Assembly (NCBI GenBank): GCA_964016885.1
Contig: OZ024740.1
Coordinates: 232,562,001 to 232,626,000 of the forward strand
From: Eledone cirrhosa
Taxonomy: Eukaryota
Length of the DNA: 64,000 bases
Direction: 5' to 3'
Below, piece after piece: positions 26,478 to 38,889 of the stretch. Position 1 is the stretch's first letter. Each line of letters opens with the position of its first letter. The notes beneath the pieces were generated by a model. It saw only the letters and a program-made list of their open reading frames with translations. It made no database searches and was not told the origin of the DNA. A program made the position numbers and the translations under genes.

Positions 26478-26851
26478 TCCCTTCTTTAGGTACCCCTTTA
26501 GAAGGAGAATCAGAGTGGAGAGAGAGGCACTGCACCCCAGTAAATTTACTGAAAGGTTGGTGAATGTGGCAAAAATGCCCCGAGTGGTTGGGCCTTCTCT
26601 GTTTATAAGCCTGTAGGTTGAAGAAGAGAGCAAAAGGAAGAAAGGAGCACTCGCACAACACGCTCCTGAAGTTGAGGGTTGTTCTATCTACGGGGTATTA
26701 AACAACCCAGTTGTGGCGCCTCCCCTCTATTGGGGATTTCGTTTGTTATATTTGTTTGTTTCAATATTTTTACACGATTGTATGTAAAATCCTCGGCATG
26801 TGTCTTTGTTTTGTCCCCTTTTCTTGTGCGCCCTTGTGGCTAATAAAGAAA

Positions 26852-26852
<1 letters not shown>
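26478..26852 (+). mobile_element. Tx1/L1-clade LINE 3' fragment
   Basis: Reverse complement of 5020-5398. Ends gcccttgtggctaataaagaaat followed by (CT)n. Confidence 0.8.
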
Positions 26853-26912
<60 letters not shown>

Positions 26913-27078
26913 TTCGATTTTTTATATAGTTAATTATGCTAATTGGGAGACGAAATGGTATATATTTATCTGGTGATTCTACAGACATGTTTTATAATAT
27001 ATAGCTCTGATTATTTAATTTATTAACTTTTCATTGAGCCACAATGTGACCCGTTACAAAACACGTATATGTATGTAG

Positions 27079-27621
27079 TCGTTGGCGACTAAACTGGCAA
27101 CCCCACCAAGGTTTCTTGGTGAGGAGGGTGACTTTGGACATCCTGCAGGACTAAAAACAAAACCTGTCAAAGGGCAAAGGCGCTCTTAAGAGTCAATGGC
27201 CATCCAAAATCACCGGGAGAGATGACCCCTTAGCCTTTGTCAAGGCAGAATTCTAGGAGAAGGAAAACTCTGATATAACACCTGCAACCCTGATGGTATC
27301 CAATGATGTTGACTTGTTCTTCTTTTTGGTAAATATCATCTTGGTTAAGAGAGTGGGACTGGCTTTGTGCAGTGCCTTTGCTCACTATAAAAGCTTCACG
27401 GCACAGGCATTGCTTTATATCTGGAGATCTCTCTGCACTTGTCGTCACATGGTACCATGGGCCCAGCACTATGTGTCAATAATTGTCACAAGTGTAGTGT
27501 TTGTACCAGAGTTTTCAAGTCGCTGGCTGGACTAAAAAGTCAGTCGTTCAGCGCATCAGTAGCGGTTCTCCTACATGGATTTAAAGTAGTGGCCGTACTC
27601 GAAAACGAGTTGGCAGCCACC
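27079..27621 (+). mobile_element. Short RTE/BovB-related non-autonomous element
   Basis: Nearly identical to 48420-48966. 3' part translates HKCSVCTRVFKSLAGLKS. Confidence 0.7.
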
Positions 27622-27644
27622 ATATATAAATATATATGTAAACT

Positions 27645-27707
<63 letters not shown>

Positions 27708-28695
27708 GTTAGAACACGAAAAGTGTGAAACAACAGAATGTTCACTTTTCGTGTTCTAACATATATGCCTAGCTTCTTTAAAAATTTTTCGGGGATAGCC
27801 GTGGTGGTGGTGATCGTATGTCATTGGCTAATTTTCAACCAATCAGAGTACCTCTCTCTATATCTCTTCCACTGTTACTTACGCCTGTTTCTCTCTATCT
27901 GTTCCGTCTCTATATATATCTCTTACTCTTTCGCTTTGCACTCCTCCCCTTCAATACCATCTCTCCCCCTCTCTATATATTTGTTACTCTATCGCTGCAC
28001 GCTCCTCTCCTTCAATATATCAATTACACACGCTTTACACTCCTTTATCCCCAGCGCCCCTATATATACACCCCCCCTCTCCCGCATCTATATTTTAATG
28101 TACCGTTGCACCGTGAATATATGTGTCTATATATATATACATATATATTGTATATACACATTCATGTATGTGTATACACACTCATGTATGTATATACACT
28201 GGTTTTATGTGTGTATTGTAAATTTGTACTGTTAAAACACGAAACTAACATTCGATTGACACTTTGATTACCTGTACAGGCAATAGTTATTAGAATGCTG
28301 TTGAAGTGTGTATATATTTTGGGGGGACATCCTGTATATACACACATTATATATAATACAATAAACAGATAAATACACACATATATATATGAGCTTATTT
28401 AATTATAAATATTGTGAATGTTTAACTCAGTTCAATTATATATATAAATGGCTTCTACAGGACTAGAACTGTTTCATTCGAAAGAAATCATCATAATATT
28501 GAGAGGGGGGACTAGATAAAATATTTCAAATCAAATGTGTATAAGTTATAAGTTAAAATGTATAAATAGAGACGATAGTGGAGGTATATCTGTTTAGTGG
28601 AACAGTAGACGATAGAATTAAATACAGACGAGAATCTCCCTTTAATGAAACAGCAGACGATAGAATTAAGGCAATTTAAATTTTAAGCATTTGCA

Positions 28696-28750
28696 TTTTT
28701 GCCTTTCATCGTTACGGGGTCGATAAAATAAAGTACCAGTAATACACTGT
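28696..28750 (+). mobile_element. SINE core fragment
   Basis: ttgcctttcatcgttacggggtcgataaaataaagtaccagt. Confidence 0.7.
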
Positions 28751-29113
28751 CACTAGACGACTTTCAAATTGAATTGTTGGTTCCATTTCTTTAGTATTTT
28801 CAATTGTAGTTATCTACTTAAAAAGCGTTACACGGTTAGAGACATAATTCGTAAGTTATATCTTCCCTATTAAACCATTGCATTATTTCGCCTACAATAG
28901 AACAAAAATGAAATGTTCTTTAAAGAAACAGGAATATAACTTTATAAAAAAAAAAGTTGCATCCGCTTCTTTTATCATTGATAATTTTTTCGTTTTAATA
29001 TTAATTGTTTTTTGTAGTTGTTTATATTAAAAATCTTACTGTAATATTTACTTAAACGAAGGCAAACATCTAAACTTATAGATTAATCTTGAGCGAAGGA
29101 CTAGATAAATCTC

Positions 29114-29161
<48 letters not shown>

Positions 29162-29557
29162 AACGAAGAATGATAAAATTTCAAGCAAAGAGTTTAATTA
29201 GGTATATTTTGTAATATTATTAACTAATTATTATAATTAACGCGCATATTTTGCTATCCTCAAACACGTTTACACATGGCATGAAATATAACTAATCCGA
29301 GATGGCTAGGTTTCATCTTCTAACTGGATAAACGAAATCCATTATGTCTTGACAACAACATGAGGTAACATTATGTTATTCACAGACACACTTTGTACAC
29401 TGTTCCATATCAGAATGTATTTCCTTCGTCACATTCACAAACAGTATTGAAAATATGTTCTTCGGCAAATAAAAATGTTTTGTTCATAATATTTCAACTA
29501 GCGATTGCTCTACTCCACGCACGACCACCATAAATTAATGACCAGCTCAACACAAGT

Positions 29558-29721
29558 ATTGGTAGAGCGTCAGACACCATGCTTTGCAGTATTGTTATGG
29601 TCCTTTGCATTCTAAGTTCAAATCCTGCCGAGGTTAACTTCGACTTTCATACTTACTAATTCGATAAAATAAAGTACCAGTAATGGACTGCCGTAATGGA
29701 TTTGTGCCGAAAAATAGAAAC
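29558..29721 (+). mobile_element. Diverged SINE
   Basis: ggtagagcgtcagac...aagttcaaatcctgccgaggttaact...tcgataaaataaagtaccag. Confidence 0.7.
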
Positions 29722-30277
29722 ACTATTAATGTGCAATAAGAGCAAAATATAACGACATTGCTCAATTATTTTATCTAATGTTGTAATAACACAAGGAAAT
29801 GTTGTTTGTGTATTTTTTTTTATATTTGCTCATAGGCTTTTACAATTTCGCTCAGCCAACAACTATTAAAAAGTGAGTTGCTTAAGATAACAATTTAATC
29901 ACAAATTGTTGCTATCTTTTAATACACTCCAACAAGTCATCAAATTATGTACAATAAAAACAAATCTTATTAATTTGCTCAGGGAATATAAAGAAAATGT
30001 ATATACACTGATAATTGCAATTGTATGTAAATATTTTGTTTTTGTATTGTATATTTTATGTTTTCTATTATGTATAATATATTGATTTAATATTGATTGT
30101 TTTTTGTAGTTGTTTATATTAAAAGTCTGAAAATATTTTTATACATCTTACACTAATATTTATAAGATAATTTATAATAACAATTACATAATCTAATTAC
30201 ATTACAACGATAATTTATTATTAATATATATCCTGTTTAACTAGAGTTATTACAAGCATTGCCTTAAAAAAATATTA

Positions 30278-31232
30278 AACTAGACATGAAAAATGCGCAA
30301 GCTCAAAAGTGCCACAGAATGTTATAATAAACCTTCAAAAGTGTGGGACTAGAGTTGTTGCTAAAAAATATTGTAATCATTATATATCGTACATTCTGTG
30401 GCATCCTTTATAAAAATAGCTTAAACCAACGAAGCCTTTATTTTTACGCTATTTCACTTAGTTAATTCTTAGAGTGTAACATATAAAAATAAATACATCT
30501 ATGTTTAATGTAATAACAGCTATAAATAATTACGTAATATTATTATCATATACTCATAGTAACAAAATAATTGTGTTGAAACTTAATATGATGCTTATAT
30601 GAACGATCAAATCTATAATGATAATTTCTTAAATATACTAATAGTAAAATAATTTAGTTATCTATTGTTACATTTTCATAGAACTATAATATTAACAATC
30701 GTATTGCATTATCAAATTTTTATCACTACAAACTTTCATATTGGAATTACCTTAAGCCACTTATTATTACTTCGCTTTCGTACTTTTACAGCTGTAGATA
30801 TTGCGCTGTATCTTATATCTAATATCAATATCTCGTGGTAATTTGCATGAAGTGTAAAATAGGTTTATTAATAACTTTAATATGAAATGTATTATACAGG
30901 GCTGCGGAGTCGGCCAAAAATTGACTGGCTCCAACTCAGGATCCGATACTCCATTATTTCCTAAATTTCAGCTCCGCAGCTCTGTTATTATATTAATTAA
31001 TTTATTTTATAGTTGTAAATCATATTTTTATATGTTACACTCTAAGAATTAACTAAGTGAAATAGCGTAAAAATAAAGGCTTCGTTGGTTTAAGCTATTT
31101 TTATAAAGGATGCCACAGAATGTACGATATATAATGATTACAATATTTTTTAGCAACAACTCTAGTCCCACACATTTGAAGGTTTATTATAACATTCTGT
31201 GGCACTTTTGAGCTTGCGCATTTTTCATGTCT

Positions 31233-31235
<3 letters not shown>
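30278..31235. repeat. ~210-bp near-perfect inverted repeat with ~530-bp spacer
   Basis: 30279-30490 is the reverse complement of 31024-31235. Confidence 0.8.
30897..30984. mobile_element. Tiny TIR element (MITE remnant)
   Basis: cagggctgcggagtcgg ... cagctccgcagctctg. Confidence 0.5.
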
Positions 31236-31261
<26 letters not shown>

Positions 31262-31263
<2 letters not shown>

Positions 31264-31590
31264 GGCTTAGTGTTTAGAGCATTGGGCTTGAAATTGAGAC
31301 GCTGTGAGTTCGATTATTCGACCGGGTGATGTGTTGTGTCCTTGAGCAAAACAATTTATTTCACGTTGCTCCAGTTTACTTAGCTGTAGAAAAGAGTTGC
31401 GACGCCACTGGTGCTAAGCTGTATCGGTCAGTGCCTTTCCCTTCGACAACATCGGTGGCGTGGAGAGGAGAGGCTGGTATGCATGGGCGACTACTGTTCT
31501 TCCACAAAACAAACTTCCACGCTTGTACCTCGGAAGGAAACTTTCTAGGTGCAAAACCATGGTCATTCGTGACCGAGTGGGCCCAAAGCA
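31262..31590 (+). mobile_element. Second tRNA-derived SINE family (Meta/MESC-core-like)
   Basis: A-box tggcttagtgtttag, B-box gagttcgatt, core tgtgttgtgtccttgagcaa..atttcacgttgctccag. Confidence 0.7.
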
Positions 31591-31593
31591 AAA

Positions 31594-31635
<42 letters not shown>

Positions 31636-31804
31636 TCGGTCAAGGTATTTTAATTATATATATATATATATAAAGGTGAGTTTATCAAAAGTATATATTG
31701 AGTTAAAAAACTCACAATAGTCCCTTATAATTAAAATAGCTCAAAGAAGAATATTTTCCGAGCTTTATGATATAATTTAATATAATAAAGAAATACAGAC
31801 ACAG

Positions 31805-31835
<31 letters not shown>

Positions 31836-31840
31836 TACAA

Positions 31841-31914
<74 letters not shown>

Positions 31915-32099
31915 AAAGTATGTATTCCTATGTGCAAATAATACACACAGGGATACAAGTATTTTCCAAACGTATGCCAGTGTGGTTCGATGGTAAGTTA
32001 ATAAATTAACATGCCAGAACATATAAAATCAAGGTCAAGCAAATAGAGAAAAAGTTTTAAAATAAATTTCAAAAGATTTTACTGTTCTTACTGTATGTG

Positions 32100-32179
32100 C
32101 CTTTACCGCGGTTTCTGATCCCAAAATAAACAGATAATCCAAGCGGATTCGAATTGAGAAAGAGATCATCGTCAGAAGG
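32100..32179 (-). ncRNA. Type I hammerhead
   Basis: cctt CTGACGA tgatc ... gatca GAAA ccgcgg TA aagg. Confidence 0.8.
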
Positions 32180-32573
32180 TTTTTCTCAACTGGAGATTAT
32201 AAAATTCTCGAGTTCAAATCACAAACTGGCGCCACATACAATTGTTCCCTAGCAAAGCCTAGGTCGAGAGGTCAATGTACTGTTACTAAAAATAGCAGCC
32301 GTTCAAATGACCAAATATTTCTCTACTGTAGGGGAGAATAGTAATAAAAGTATGTGTTCCTATGTGTAACTCCTACGGTAGAGAAATATTTGGTCATTTG
32401 AACGGCTGCTAATTTTAGTAGCAGTACAATGACCTGTCCACCTAGCCTTTGCTTTGGCACACGGTACCAGGCAGAATTGTTTCACCTCTCATTCACTCTC
32501 ATTCGGGAACAATTGTGTGTGGCGCCAGTTTGTGATTTGAACTCGAGGATTTTATATTCTCCGAGTAAGAAAA

Positions 32574-32655
32574 GCCTTCTGACGTCGATCTCTTTCTCAA
32601 TGGAAATCCGCTTGGATTATCTGTTTATTTTGGGATCAGAAACCGCGGGAAAGGC
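32574..32655 (+). ncRNA. Inactivated hammerhead copy (A9 to U, U16.1 to G)
   Basis: gcctt CTGACGT cgatc ... gatca GAAA ccgcgg GA aaggc. Confidence 0.55.
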
Positions 32656-32729
32656 ACATGTAGTAAGAACAGTAACATCTTTTGAAATTTATTAAAAAAA
32701 CTTTTTCTCTCTTTGCTTGACCTTTATTT

Positions 32730-32776
<47 letters not shown>

Positions 32777-32922
32777 CGAAGGAAATGTGGTAAGGAACCA
32801 GGTGGACCATAACGCACCAAAGTACTCAATACTTGAGGTAGTAGAGTGGGTAATAGGAACCAGTAAGACCCCGACAGCTGAGCTCAAGCCGTTTCGACGG
32901 CTAATTCTGGACCTTACTGGTT

Positions 32923-32997
<75 letters not shown>

Positions 32998-33129
32998 GTG
33001 AGGTTTTTTTAAACAAAATGAAAAATAACCAAGGTGTCCTACACGAGTGAAAGTATAAAGAAAAAGAGATGAAATCGAAAATGCAACTGGAGTCTTATTT
33101 TTTTTAAAAATATATATATTTATTTGGTT

Positions 33130-33167
33130 CCTTTACCGGTTTCGCAGTTCTTCTGCTTTTCAAAAGG
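33130..33167 (-). ncRNA. Minimal hammerhead with U3-A8 core UUGAAAA
   Basis: cctt TTGAAAA gcag aagaa ctgc GAAA ccgg TA aagg. Confidence 0.7.
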
Positions 33168-33211
33168 TGAGTTGAGATGGAGGGTCTGTGGTTTCCCTCC
33201 ATCTCAACTCA

Positions 33212-33249
33212 CCTTTTGAAAAGCAGAAGAACTACGAAACCGGTAAAGG
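33212..33249 (+). ncRNA. Minimal hammerhead with U3-A8 core (mirror copy, one stem II mismatch)
   Basis: cctt TTGAAAA gcag aagaa ctac GAAA ccgg TA aagg. Confidence 0.65.
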
Positions 33250-33499
33250 AACCAAATAAATATATATATTTAAAAAAAAAATAAAACTCCAGTTGCATTT
33301 TCGATTTCATCTCTTTTTCTATATATATATATATATCTATATATATATATGAAAATGTTCAAGACACCGACGGCAGAGCTCAAGCCGTTTCGATGGCTAT
33401 TTCTGGAGTCCAGGTTCCTATTAACCACTCTATTAGCCTAAGTATTGAGTACTCTGGTGCGTTATGGTCCATCTGGTTCCTTACCACACTTTCTTCGTT

Positions 33500-33820
33500 T
33501 TATATATATATATATATATATACGCACATATGTGAATATGTGCGTATATATGCGTGTATGCAGCTGTGTCGATGGTTGCATGAGGCAGTATGTGATTCTT
33601 TGTGCGTGATAATGGCTGGTTTTGGAAGATGCATAAAGCTAATTCGGTTATTCAGTTCAATTTTGTTTCGGCGAAGCGCTTTGTGAGCATATATATATAT
33701 ATATATATACACAGACATACATATAAATATATATATATATACACACACACACATAAATATATATATATATATATTTATATATGTGTGTGTATATATATAT
33801 ATATGTATATACACACACAC

Positions 33821-33889
<69 letters not shown>

Positions 33890-33900
33890 AACACATATAA

Positions 33901-33931
<31 letters not shown>

Positions 33932-33989
33932 TACACACATACACATATACATATATATATTTATATGTGTGTATGTGTGTGTATGTATG

Positions 33990-34028
<39 letters not shown>

Positions 34029-34031
34029 GTC

Positions 34032-34101
<70 letters not shown>

Positions 34102-34323
34102 ACAGTAAGTAGAGTAAGATGCGTCTATGTAACTTAACATACAACACATAGAACAAGATACTTGCCCACGGCAGCACTTGGTGAGATAGAACCCGAACCA
34201 GAGTGATTGCAACCCAAACTAATTAACAACATAGCCGCGCTCGCACACACACACACACACACACACACGCTCTCTCTCTCTCCCACACACACACACACAC
34301 ACATATATATATGTGTGTGTGTA

Positions 34324-34401
<78 letters not shown>

Positions 34402-34414
34402 CATATATATATAT

Positions 34415-34484
<70 letters not shown>

Positions 34485-34618
34485 AATAGAAATCGCTTCT
34501 ACGCCCTGTAAAAGCCATTTCTGTATTAAATATTGATACTCTGCTTTGCATTGAGTACTTTACTTACTCTGGTTACCGACGATTGAAACCGGGATAAATA
34601 CACACACACACACACACA

Positions 34619-34677
<59 letters not shown>

Positions 34678-35010
34678 CGATGGTTTATCAGTCGGTCTGT
34701 CTGTTGTGTCCACACAAGCACCCACGTGTACCTTGTCGGTATGTGTATTATAAATACATCAGGAATGATAATTATCTCATATCCATACCACAGAAACACC
34801 ATGATAGCACCATAGCGAACAGTGGGATAAGGCTTTTCTCCTCCCTTACCAAGTAAAATATTATAAAACATACGAAATATTAATTATATTGCATTGGATA
34901 CGTCAATATGTATCACACAGTGCAACTCAAAAACTTAATGTTTTTATATTTTTCAAACGACCACACACACGCACACTGACACACTCGCGCACATATACAT
35001 ACAGAAATAT

Positions 35011-35079
<69 letters not shown>

Positions 35080-35190
35080 AATATTCGCACACACACATAA
35101 ATATGCACATACACACATACACACACATAAATATGCACACACACACACACACACACACACACGTACACTCACAGACACACACATATATGT
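33500..35190. repeat. Compound (TA)n/(CA)n/(CT)n microsatellite region
   Basis: Dinucleotide tracts visible directly. Confidence 0.9.
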
Positions 35191-35350
35191 ATATTTTGGC
35201 TGCTTCTGGTTCAATTTTCGTTCGCTGTACTGAAATATTCGTTGTAATGAATTTCGTTATAAGAAAATTCTCTTATCGTTCTTTTAATAAGCTTGTGGCC
35301 GGGGATTGAAAACAACTCCTTGTAATGCTATTCGTTATAACTGAATTTTT

Positions 35351-35410
<60 letters not shown>

Positions 35411-35415
<5 letters not shown>

Positions 35416-35883
35416 AAGTATATATCCCTACACGCAAAAAGGGGCCAGGGACATATGTATTGTCCAACCATATGCCAATATGGTTCAATGGCAGGTTAAT
35501 AAATTAACGAGCCAGAACATATATAATCAAGCAAATAAGAAAAAGTTTCAAAATAAATTATAAAAGATTCACTGTACTCACTATGGTTACCTTTACCGAA
35601 TCGGTTTCGAGTCTCAATGAAAAGATAAACTCTCGTCAGAAGGGTCTTTTCACTCGGAGAATATAAAATTCCCGAGTTCAAATTACGAACTGGCGCTATT
35701 CAATATTGTTCCCGAGATGAGAATGAATGATGTGGAAGCAATTCTGTCCAGTGCCGTGTGTAAAGATAGAAGCAGAGGCAGGGAGGTCAATCTACTACCA
35801 CTATAAATAGCAGCAGTCAGAACGACCAAATTTTATCTCGACCAAGAGGATAATAATAATAATAAAGTATATATCCCTACACG

Positions 35884-35886
<3 letters not shown>
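35411..35886 (-). mobile_element. 449-bp-period terminally redundant hammerhead element in (TA)n
   Basis: taataaagtatatatccctacacgcaa at 35411 and 35860. (TA)n on both sides. Confidence 0.75.
35590..35643 (-). ncRNA. Type I hammerhead, canonical core
   Basis: cctt CTGACGA gagt ... actc GAAA ccg att cgg TA aagg. Confidence 0.85.
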
Positions 35887-35949
<63 letters not shown>

Positions 35950-36373
35950 AATTAATTAAATTAAATTAAATTAAAGGAGTCATGTCCGAGAACTGCGCCA
36001 TATCCACCGTAGAATATACTCAAAGATTTCAATGAATAGATCCGAGCATTTTATATCAACTAGAAATTGATTGACATATATATATTTAAAATAAACACAT
36101 GAAACAATCACAGAGGATAATTTGTGTAATCACACATAGCTAGGTAGGTAACTAATTAAAGTTTAACTAGAGCTTCAAAAATTACCTTTTTAAATCAGAA
36201 TAGATACAGTAAAAAGCAATTAGACCATTACTCATCAGAAGACTCGATACTTGGGGGTAGAGAATGTATAATATGAAAAAACTTCGGGACACCAACGGCC
36301 GAGCTCCTGCTTCGTCAACAGCATCTAGCTGTTTAAACGGCAGGAGCTCAGCCATCGGGGTCCCAATTTTTTT

Positions 36374-36482
<109 letters not shown>

Positions 36483-36506
36483 CGAGAGAGAGGAGAGCAA
36501 GAGGAG

Positions 36507-36544
<38 letters not shown>

Positions 36545-37004
36545 TGGAGATCCCTGACCATGGGAGTTCTCATGGGGAGATTCAGAGTGGGTATAGAGAT
36601 ATGTAAAATCGCGACAGCGGTGCCAAGCGGTTTCGGCGTGTGCGTTCATCAAGCATTTACGATGGTGTAACAATCGTTGTATGTTGTGAAAAAATAAGTC
36701 GCTGGCGTTGGTAGTGCTTTGGTTGATTTTATCACAGTAGTAAGTTTATCTGGACAAGCAAGGGGTCAGGAGAAATAAGTAGTGTGGGAGGTGGTACGTG
36801 TAGTTAGTGGATAGGAGTGGAGTAGGAAGAAAAGTGTCATAATGGTCATAGGAATAAGGGTGAAGGGGTAAGGTTATATATAGATGGGCCTTATAGGTTG
36901 TGGACTATGTTTTTGCACCCTACATATAGTACTACACCCTTGAGAAAAAATTTGCTGAACATAAAAGACGAAACCGCGTTGCGTAGCGATCGGGAATTTA
37001 CATA

Positions 37005-37118
<114 letters not shown>

Positions 37119-37399
37119 ACTCTCTCTCTCTTTACATATGCTGTTGTATTTAGAAAGGGTCATATTGTTACAATATTGCCAGAAATTATTAAAAAAACAC
37201 ACTGGTTTGCATTGATTTTCGCTTCTGTATATGTTATATCCCTATAGTTAATTTAGCTGGCAATCAATGTTTATCATTGATTACCAACGGTTACAAATAT
37301 AGATATAAATATATATATATAGTCTATCAAAGTTCTTTTATCACACACTTGCGATATCATCAGTGGTACTATTATTAATTTTATTATTACGGACAAAAA

Positions 37400-38885
37400 T
37401 TATAACACCCCGACAAGAACTCTCCCGAAGAATATAAACATTATTGAAATTAAAATAGAACATTATAAACATTTAAAATAAAAATTTCCCAACGCAGTTG
37501 GAGACTTCAGAGAGTCGGTTACCGAAAGGATTTACACCGACATCATCTTGGAGACACCCATGACCAGCCAAAGGGACGGTTCAACTGTCCCTTTCCAACA
37601 CGATCAGGGTAGGTGATCCTTTCTCACTTACTCCATTCTTCACCCAACATGACCTTACTTAGAATAGGCAGTATAAATGTACGTGGCCTGGGGGTCATCT
37701 TGGAAGCAGGGCCACCTGCTTAACGAGCTCAGGTCACTAAACATAAATGTGGTGGCCATCAGCGAGCCCAGAATTTCCGAAGCACGAGACTTCGCACCGA
37801 TCCTCGGCGGCTACGATGTATACGCATCTCCAGCCGTCCGGCGTGCTTTTTCGGAGAGGCTTGGATCTCGCCATACGGGTCATCTTCCTAGACACAGAAG
37901 GTAAGTCGGTGGTACTGGACGTGACAGGCAATGAAGGCAATGCTTTCAGGCTAGTAGCCGTCTACGGCCCAACAGGGGCAGGACGGCCAGATTTCTTCAG
38001 ACGTCTAGAGACCTCTCTTGGAACGCTCTTTAGTGTTAGTGGGTGACTGGAACGGTATCTTAGATGCACGCTGGGATTATGTGGGGTTAGTAAATAAGGA
38101 AGGAGGATATAAAAGCCTCAACAACCTGCTCAGACGTTTTCAACTGTCTGACAGGTATCGACTGGATTATCCGAATGTGCCAATGTGGACATGGGCAAAC
38201 CGCATCGGGTCATCCAGATCGTATCTAGATAGGGTATTGTGTAGGGAAATAGATAAGGCTAGCGTAGGTTGTCCACAATTTAAAGTAGCCGGCTACTCGG
38301 ACCACACATTTGTGATCTGTGTAGTCGACTTAGATAGACTTCATAGTCAAGGACCAGGTTACTGGAAGCTGAACGCGTCTTTCCCGTCGTACAAATCTTA
38401 CACAGACCGGATAAAGGAATTAGTTAAGCGTTCGTTGACGGGTGCGATCATTAACAACAAGTGGTGGTTTACCCTGAAAAGGGCAATTTGAGTAGAATCA
38501 ATAAGGTTTGGCAAAGGAGTAAAGATAGAGGAAAATAGAGTAGAAGGAGAGCTTGTTAGAAAGCTAGAAGAGGCGTTTAGGACAGGCATCGCAACCGACG
38601 TGCTTGCGGCAAGATTGGCACTCGACCAATTCTTCAACGCAAAGCATGAAGGCTGCGTTATCAGAGCTAGAGCGCGTCTCTAAGACAAGAGGTAACAAAA
38701 GCTGTCCGATGGACCAGGGTGCTGGAGACGCCCTGTGGCATCACAGCCACAATTCAATCCTTGCCTGACCAAAACGAGCACATGTTGTCGAACCCGAGCA
38801 GAATTGTGCGGCTTTTCAACAGCACTTTGTACAATTGTTCGGGAGCGGCGGCGGGCGAAATCGGAGCATGGATTTCGGTGCAAAA
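37400..38885 (+). mobile_element. Tx1/L1-clade LINE partial copy (ORF1 end plus AP endonuclease)
   Basis: SINVRGL, VAISE, LVLVGDWN, SYLDRV, YSDH, GPGYWKLN. Paralogous to 39330-40680. Confidence 0.9.
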
Positions 38886-38889
38886 TCGC

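Larger units (their letters stand above)
31910..32735. mobile_element. 432-bp-period hammerhead element plus inverted copy
   Basis: aataaaagtatgt.ttcctatgtg at 31911 and 32343. 32372-32735 is an inverted copy of 32020-32333. Homologous to 35411-35886. Confidence 0.7.
33062..33318. repeat. ~120-bp-arm near-perfect palindrome nested in an outer inverted repeat (32775-32865 / 33412-33500)
   Basis: Arms are reverse complements with few mismatches; loop at about 33185-33194. Confidence 0.85.

Noticed and set aside
28445-28505. Minus-strand ATGATGA...GAAA motif
   Set aside because: C3 is absent and there is no stem I or stem III pairing.
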